Origin: Octopus bimaculoides
Lineage: Eukaryota
Assembly (NCBI RefSeq): GCF_001194135.2
Contig: NC_068993.1
Span: 29,394,383-29,431,626, forward strand
DNA length: 37,244 bases
Reading direction: 5' to 3'
A program made the position numbers and the translations under genes. Shown here in pieces: positions 33,033 to 37,244 of the stretch. The notes under the pieces are model-generated. The model ran no database searches and was not told the origin of the DNA. It worked only from the letters and a program-made list of their open reading frames with translations. Every line of letters starts with the position of its first letter. The stretch's first letter is position 1.

Positions 33033-33193
33033 GGTGCAGGGGTGGCTGTGTGGTAAGTGGCTTGCTTACCAACCACATGGTTCTGGATTTGGTCCTACTG
33101 CATGGCACCATGGGCAAGTGTCTTCTACTATAGCCTCAGATCGACCAAAGCCTTGGGAGTGGATTTGATAGATGGAAACTGAAAGGAGCCTGT

Positions 33194-33246
<53 letters not shown>

Positions 33247-33470
33247 ATGTATATATGTATGTGTGTGTCTGTGTGTCTGTGTTTGTCCCCCACCATCACT
33301 TGACAATTGATGGTGGTATGTGTACGTCCCCATAACTTAGCAGTTCAGTAAAAAAAAGACAAAGAGAATAAGTACTAGGCTTTCAAAGAATAAGTCCCGG
33401 GGTTGATTTGTTCGACTAAAGGCGGTGCTCCAGCATGGCTGCAGTCAAATGACTGAAACAAATAAAAGAA
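33033..33470 (+). mobile_element. tRNA-derived SINE (CORE-SINE-like) with an internal (TG)n tract
   Basis: GGCTGTGTGGTAAG head, GGGCAAGTGTCTTCTACTATAGCCT core and GCAGTCAAATGACTGAAAC tail. Fragments recur at 35985-36584. Confidence 0.82.
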
Positions 33471-33513
33471 TATATAGAATATATATATGTGTGTGTGTGT
33501 GTCTATATATATT

Positions 33514-34562
33514 ATGTATGTAAAAGGTGCAGCAATATCAAAGGAAGGTTAACCGGGAAGATAATTTTTGGATGTAACAGATGCACAGGGGCAGTAAACA
33601 CTGAAGGTGTATAGAAAACAGATTCCATCACATACCAGGAGGCAAAACTAGAAGTAGTTAATTACTTCTGCTACCTAGGTGACCAAGTCTGTAGTGGGGA
33701 TAGTTGCTCTGAGAGTGTTGTCACTAGAATAAGAATAGCCTTGGCAAAGTTCAGGGAGCTTTTACCTTTGCTGGCAACTAAGGGCCTCTCGCTCAGGATG
33801 AAAGGTAGATTGCATGATGCATGTGTGAAACATGGGCCATGACTGTTGAGGACATGCATAGGCTTGAAAGAAATAAAGCTAGTATGATCTGCTGGATGTG
33901 TAATGTCAGTGTGCAAATACGACAGAGTGTAAGTGCCCTGAGAGAAAAGTTGGACATAAGAAGCATCAAATGTGGTGTGCAAAAGAGTTGACTGCACTGG
34001 TATGGTCATGTGTTTCGTATGGATGAGAACAGCTGTGTGAGAAAGTGCCACTCCCTAACTGTGGAAGAAACCTGTGGAAGAGAGAGACCCAGGAAGACAT
34101 GGAATGAGATGGTGAATCATGACCTTTGAACATTGGGCCTCATAGAGACAATGACAGGAGACCAAGACCTTTAGAGATATGCTGTGATTGAGAAGACCCG
34201 GCAACTAAAGTGAGTCGCAGCCATGGCTGATGCCAGTGTTGCATGCCTGGCCCATTTAAGAGTACCCTTGATGAGTCAAATGATATGATATGTTTCAGAA
34301 GACCTGTTGAGTCAAGTAAAATGAAAATCGCAACTGTGGCCAGTCTCCCCCGGCTGGCTCATGTATTGGTGGCACGTAAAAAGCACCCACTACACTCTCA
34401 GAGTGGTTGGCATTAGGAAAGACATCCAGCTGTAGAAACATTGCCAGATCAGATTGGAGCCTGGTGCAACCACTGGCTCTCCAGACCTCAGTCAAACCGT
34501 CCAACCCATGCTGGCATGTAAAATGGATGTTAAACAATGATGATGACGATGATGATGATGAT
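33514..34562 (+). mobile_element. RTE-clade LINE 3' portion
   Basis: KRCSNIKG..GCNRCTG, LEVVNYFCYLGDQ..TRIRIALAKFRELLPLL, HWYGHV; shared 3' UTR; (GAT)n tail. Confidence 0.88.
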
Positions 34563-34597
34563 ATACATACATATACATATATACATGCATATATATC

Positions 34598-34634
<37 letters not shown>

Positions 34635-34826
34635 ATGTGGAGAATGGAGAAACAAACACAAGAAGAAGCAAGTCCATTGGGCTAGTTAGCCATTGATTTA
34701 ATTATGCGGAGATTATATAATGAGTCATTTACGATTGTGTTGGATTAGGGTTGGGGTTAGTTCTATTAGTTGGATGGCTGTTAGTTTGTTTGTTAGACGG
34801 TTGTTAGGAGACACACACACCAAAAA

Positions 34827-35249
34827 AATCTATGTAGCTGTAGAGATAGGAATAAATGTAATTTCTCCAATAGATGTAAGACCGAAAATGTAGTTTACCA
34901 ATGCGACGTACACACAAACGGCCATATTAGATCTTACATTGGCGCTACGAAAAACCAAATACGCCTCAGATACAATGAGCACCAATCTAGCTTTAGAAAT
35001 AGAAAAAAGGCAAATTCAACAGGACTTAGTAGCTATATCTGGAAATTAAAGGACAATAAGATAGAATATAAACTAAAGTGGCATATACTAAAAGCAAATT
35101 CTTATAACCCAACTAACAGACGCTGTGACCTCTGTCTAAATGAACGCCTCAAAATCCTAACAGCTAGAAAGCATCTCTTGAACAAACGATATGAAAATAA
35201 CCGAATTTGTTTGCGCACTACAAAATATTCATTTTCTAAATATAATTAA
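34827..35249 (+). pseudogene. PLE GIY-YIG endonuclease domain; 140 stop-free codons without a start codon
   Basis: NLCSCRDRNKCNFSNRCKTENVVYQCDV..RSYIGATKNQIRLRYNEHQSSF..LSSYIWKLK..CDLCLNERLKI..LNKRYE..KYN*. Confidence 0.9.
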
Positions 35250-35655
35250 ATATGTAATACATTCCACTTTCTAAGTATAATTAAATATGTAAAAAAGAAT
35301 TTCCCTTTTCTAAGTATAATTAATTATAATTAAATATTAATAAGGTCAGAGTTAGCTCCCTCTTCACCAAAACTTAGAATTACCCCCCTTTACTAACACT
35401 GCCAGTGCTCAAAGTAAAAGACACGCCTGAATTCTAAAAACAACCACGTGCGAAATGCGATTAATCAAGATTGGAACTACGAGCTTGAACAGCACCCACC
35501 CTACCTCTCCTTTGCAGAAAGACTATTAACACAACTTCAACTAAAATGTAAGACTAACTTTACCTAACACTATTCTTATACCACTATATGCATTACTATA
35601 TCCACTAACTGTTTCTCCTGCATCTCTCACACCATGAATTTAACATACTTCTCAA

Positions 35656-35707
35656 CATTCTGAAGAGATCTGCCAAACCATTTGGCACATTGAAACGATC
35701 GTAAATG
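35656..35707 (+). ncRNA. Type I hammerhead ribozyme, family 5, in the PLE pLTR
   Basis: CATT-CTGAAGA-GATCTGCCAAA-CCA-TTTGGCACATT-GAAA-CGATCG-TA-AATG. Palindromic stem III ACGATCGT, GUA triplet. Confidence 0.82.
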
Positions 35708-35984
35708 ACTCATTATATAATCTCCACATAATTAAATCAATGGCTAACTAGCCCAATGGACTTGCTTCTTCTTGTGTTTGTTTCGCCATTCTCCACATAA
35801 TTATAATTATAAACTGTGGTTTAAACAATAAATTACCTGCCTCTGGATACCTTCTAACGAAGACGATACCCGCACAAGTAATTTCCAGGAGCACCTTCGC
35901 ATTTAACTATCCCCTGGTTGCTTAGATACTTCAGATTACCCTTGAAATATTGAAGCAATCCTATCATTTACCTATATATATACT

Positions 35985-36068
35985 TTCCGAAGGTACTATG
36001 CAGTGAGCCTGAATCCAAAACCATGTGGCTGAGAAACAAACTTCTTACCACACAGCCATGCCTGCACC
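35985..36068 (-). mobile_element. SINE 5' head fragment (family of 33033)
   Basis: Reverse complement reads GGTGCAGGCATGGCTGTGTGGTAAG... Confidence 0.75.
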
Positions 36069-36073
36069 AGTAT

Positions 36074-36120
<47 letters not shown>

Positions 36121-36121
<1 letters not shown>

Positions 36122-36327
36122 TCTTGTACTTGTTTCAGTCATTTGACTGTGGCCATGCTGGAGCATCATCTTAAGGGGTTTTAGTCGAAAAAATCAACAC
36201 TAGGATACATTCTTTGTAAGCCTAGTACTTCTTCTATCGGTCACTTTTGCCAAACCGCTAAGTTATAGGGATGTAAACGCACGAACATCAGTTGTCAAGC
36301 AATGGTGGTGGAGACAAACACAGACAC
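36121..36327 (-). mobile_element. SINE 3' half (family of 33033)
   Basis: Reverse complement matches 33280-33470. Confidence 0.8.
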
Positions 36328-36333
36328 TATATC

Positions 36334-36584
36334 TTTGGTAGGCAGAAACTGACAGAAACTGATTGTGTATATATATTTATGTATGTATTTATGTGGGTGT
36401 ATATCTGTTTCTCCCCCAGCTATCACTTGACAACCGTTGCTGGTGTGTTTATGTCCTCATAACTTAGCAGTTTGGTAAAAGAGATTGAAAGAACAAGTAC
36501 TAGGCTTACAAAGTATAAGTTCTGAGGTGGTGCTCCAGCATGGCCACAGTCAAATGATTGAAACAAGTAAAAGAGTAAAAGAAT
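36334..36584 (+). mobile_element. SINE 3' half (family of 33033)
   Basis: Matches 33160-33470 with an internal deletion. Confidence 0.8.
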
Positions 36585-37012
36585 ACATATATATTTGTGT
36601 ATGTATATATATATCTATATATATGTAATTATGTGTATATATATAATATATATATATTGTATATATGTGTGTATGTGTATGTTTTGCAAACAACTTGCAC
36701 ATGCAAGTACTATAAGTTGAAAGCTCCGGATACTGGAAACCAGCAAGTGTATGGGGTCATCAGGAGAGAATGCACATTGTTTTGGGGCCTACCTCTTGAT
36801 GGCATCATTGCACACCGTCCCCCACTCTTCACTGATATGAAGACCTGCATACTAGACCAACTGGTTTTAAAATAAAGCTCAATATTCTTCTAGCCATAAC
36901 TCTTTGTCTCTTCTTAAGCAAATGCAGTGGCTAGCTTTTTCCACTATAGTTTGGATATCAGTCATGTATATGTGTGTATATAAATATGCATGTGTATATA
37001 TATATATATATA

Positions 37013-37244
37013 TCATCATCATCATCATCATCGTTTAACGTCCGCTTTCCATGCTAGCATGGGTTGGACGATTTTACTGAGGACTGGTGAAACCGGATGG
37101 CAACACCAGGCTCCAATCTAATTTGGCAGAGTTTCTACAGCTGGATGCCCTTCCTAACGCCAACCACTCAGAGAGTGTAGTGGGTGCTTTTACGTGTCAC
37201 CCGCACGAAAACGGCCACGCTCAAAATGGTGTCTTTTATGTGCC
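37013..37244 (-). mobile_element. RTE 3' UTR with (CAT)n tail; runs off the window end
   Basis: GCTGGATGCCCTTCCTAACGCCAACCACT is the reverse complement of the UTR at 18440, 28070 and 34390. Confidence 0.85.

Larger units (their letters stand above)
34629..35804 (+). mobile_element. 5'-truncated, 5'-inverted Penelope-like element
   Basis: GIY-YIG ORF, 3' UTR and HHR, bounded by ~107-bp inverted arms (34629-34735 and 35698-35804) with 2 mismatches. Confidence 0.85.

Noticed and set aside
36597-36875. 92-aa ORF as a downstream host exon
   Set aside because: It starts in a TA/TG microsatellite, has no coiled-coil character and shows no clear splice sites.
1-37244. CRISPR array or prokaryotic operon/defence system
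   Set aside because: There is no regular repeat-spacer array, and all recognisable content is eukaryotic.

Overview
AT-rich, microsatellite-laden eukaryotic DNA with five N gaps. The SINE and LINE families look cephalopod (octopus-like); this is inferred from repeat content, not a database match. Nearly all of the window is nested, decayed transposable elements: two Helitrons, Penelope-like elements (PLEs), RTE and R4/Dong LINEs, mariner/maT, a piggyBac-type MITE, a MULE fragment and tRNA-derived SINEs. The only host-gene signal is one 114-nt exon resembling CCDC169 (29816-29929, +), so much of the window is probably intron. The most striking unannotated layer is a dense set of type I hammerhead ribozyme (HHR) motifs from at least five unrelated repeat families, plus several decayed relics. 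They occur in PLE pseudo-LTR (pLTR)/retrozyme-like tandem and inverted repeats, in the 3' tail of a tRNA-headed SINE, and inside a Helitron. All folds were derived by hand and none has been tested for cleavage.
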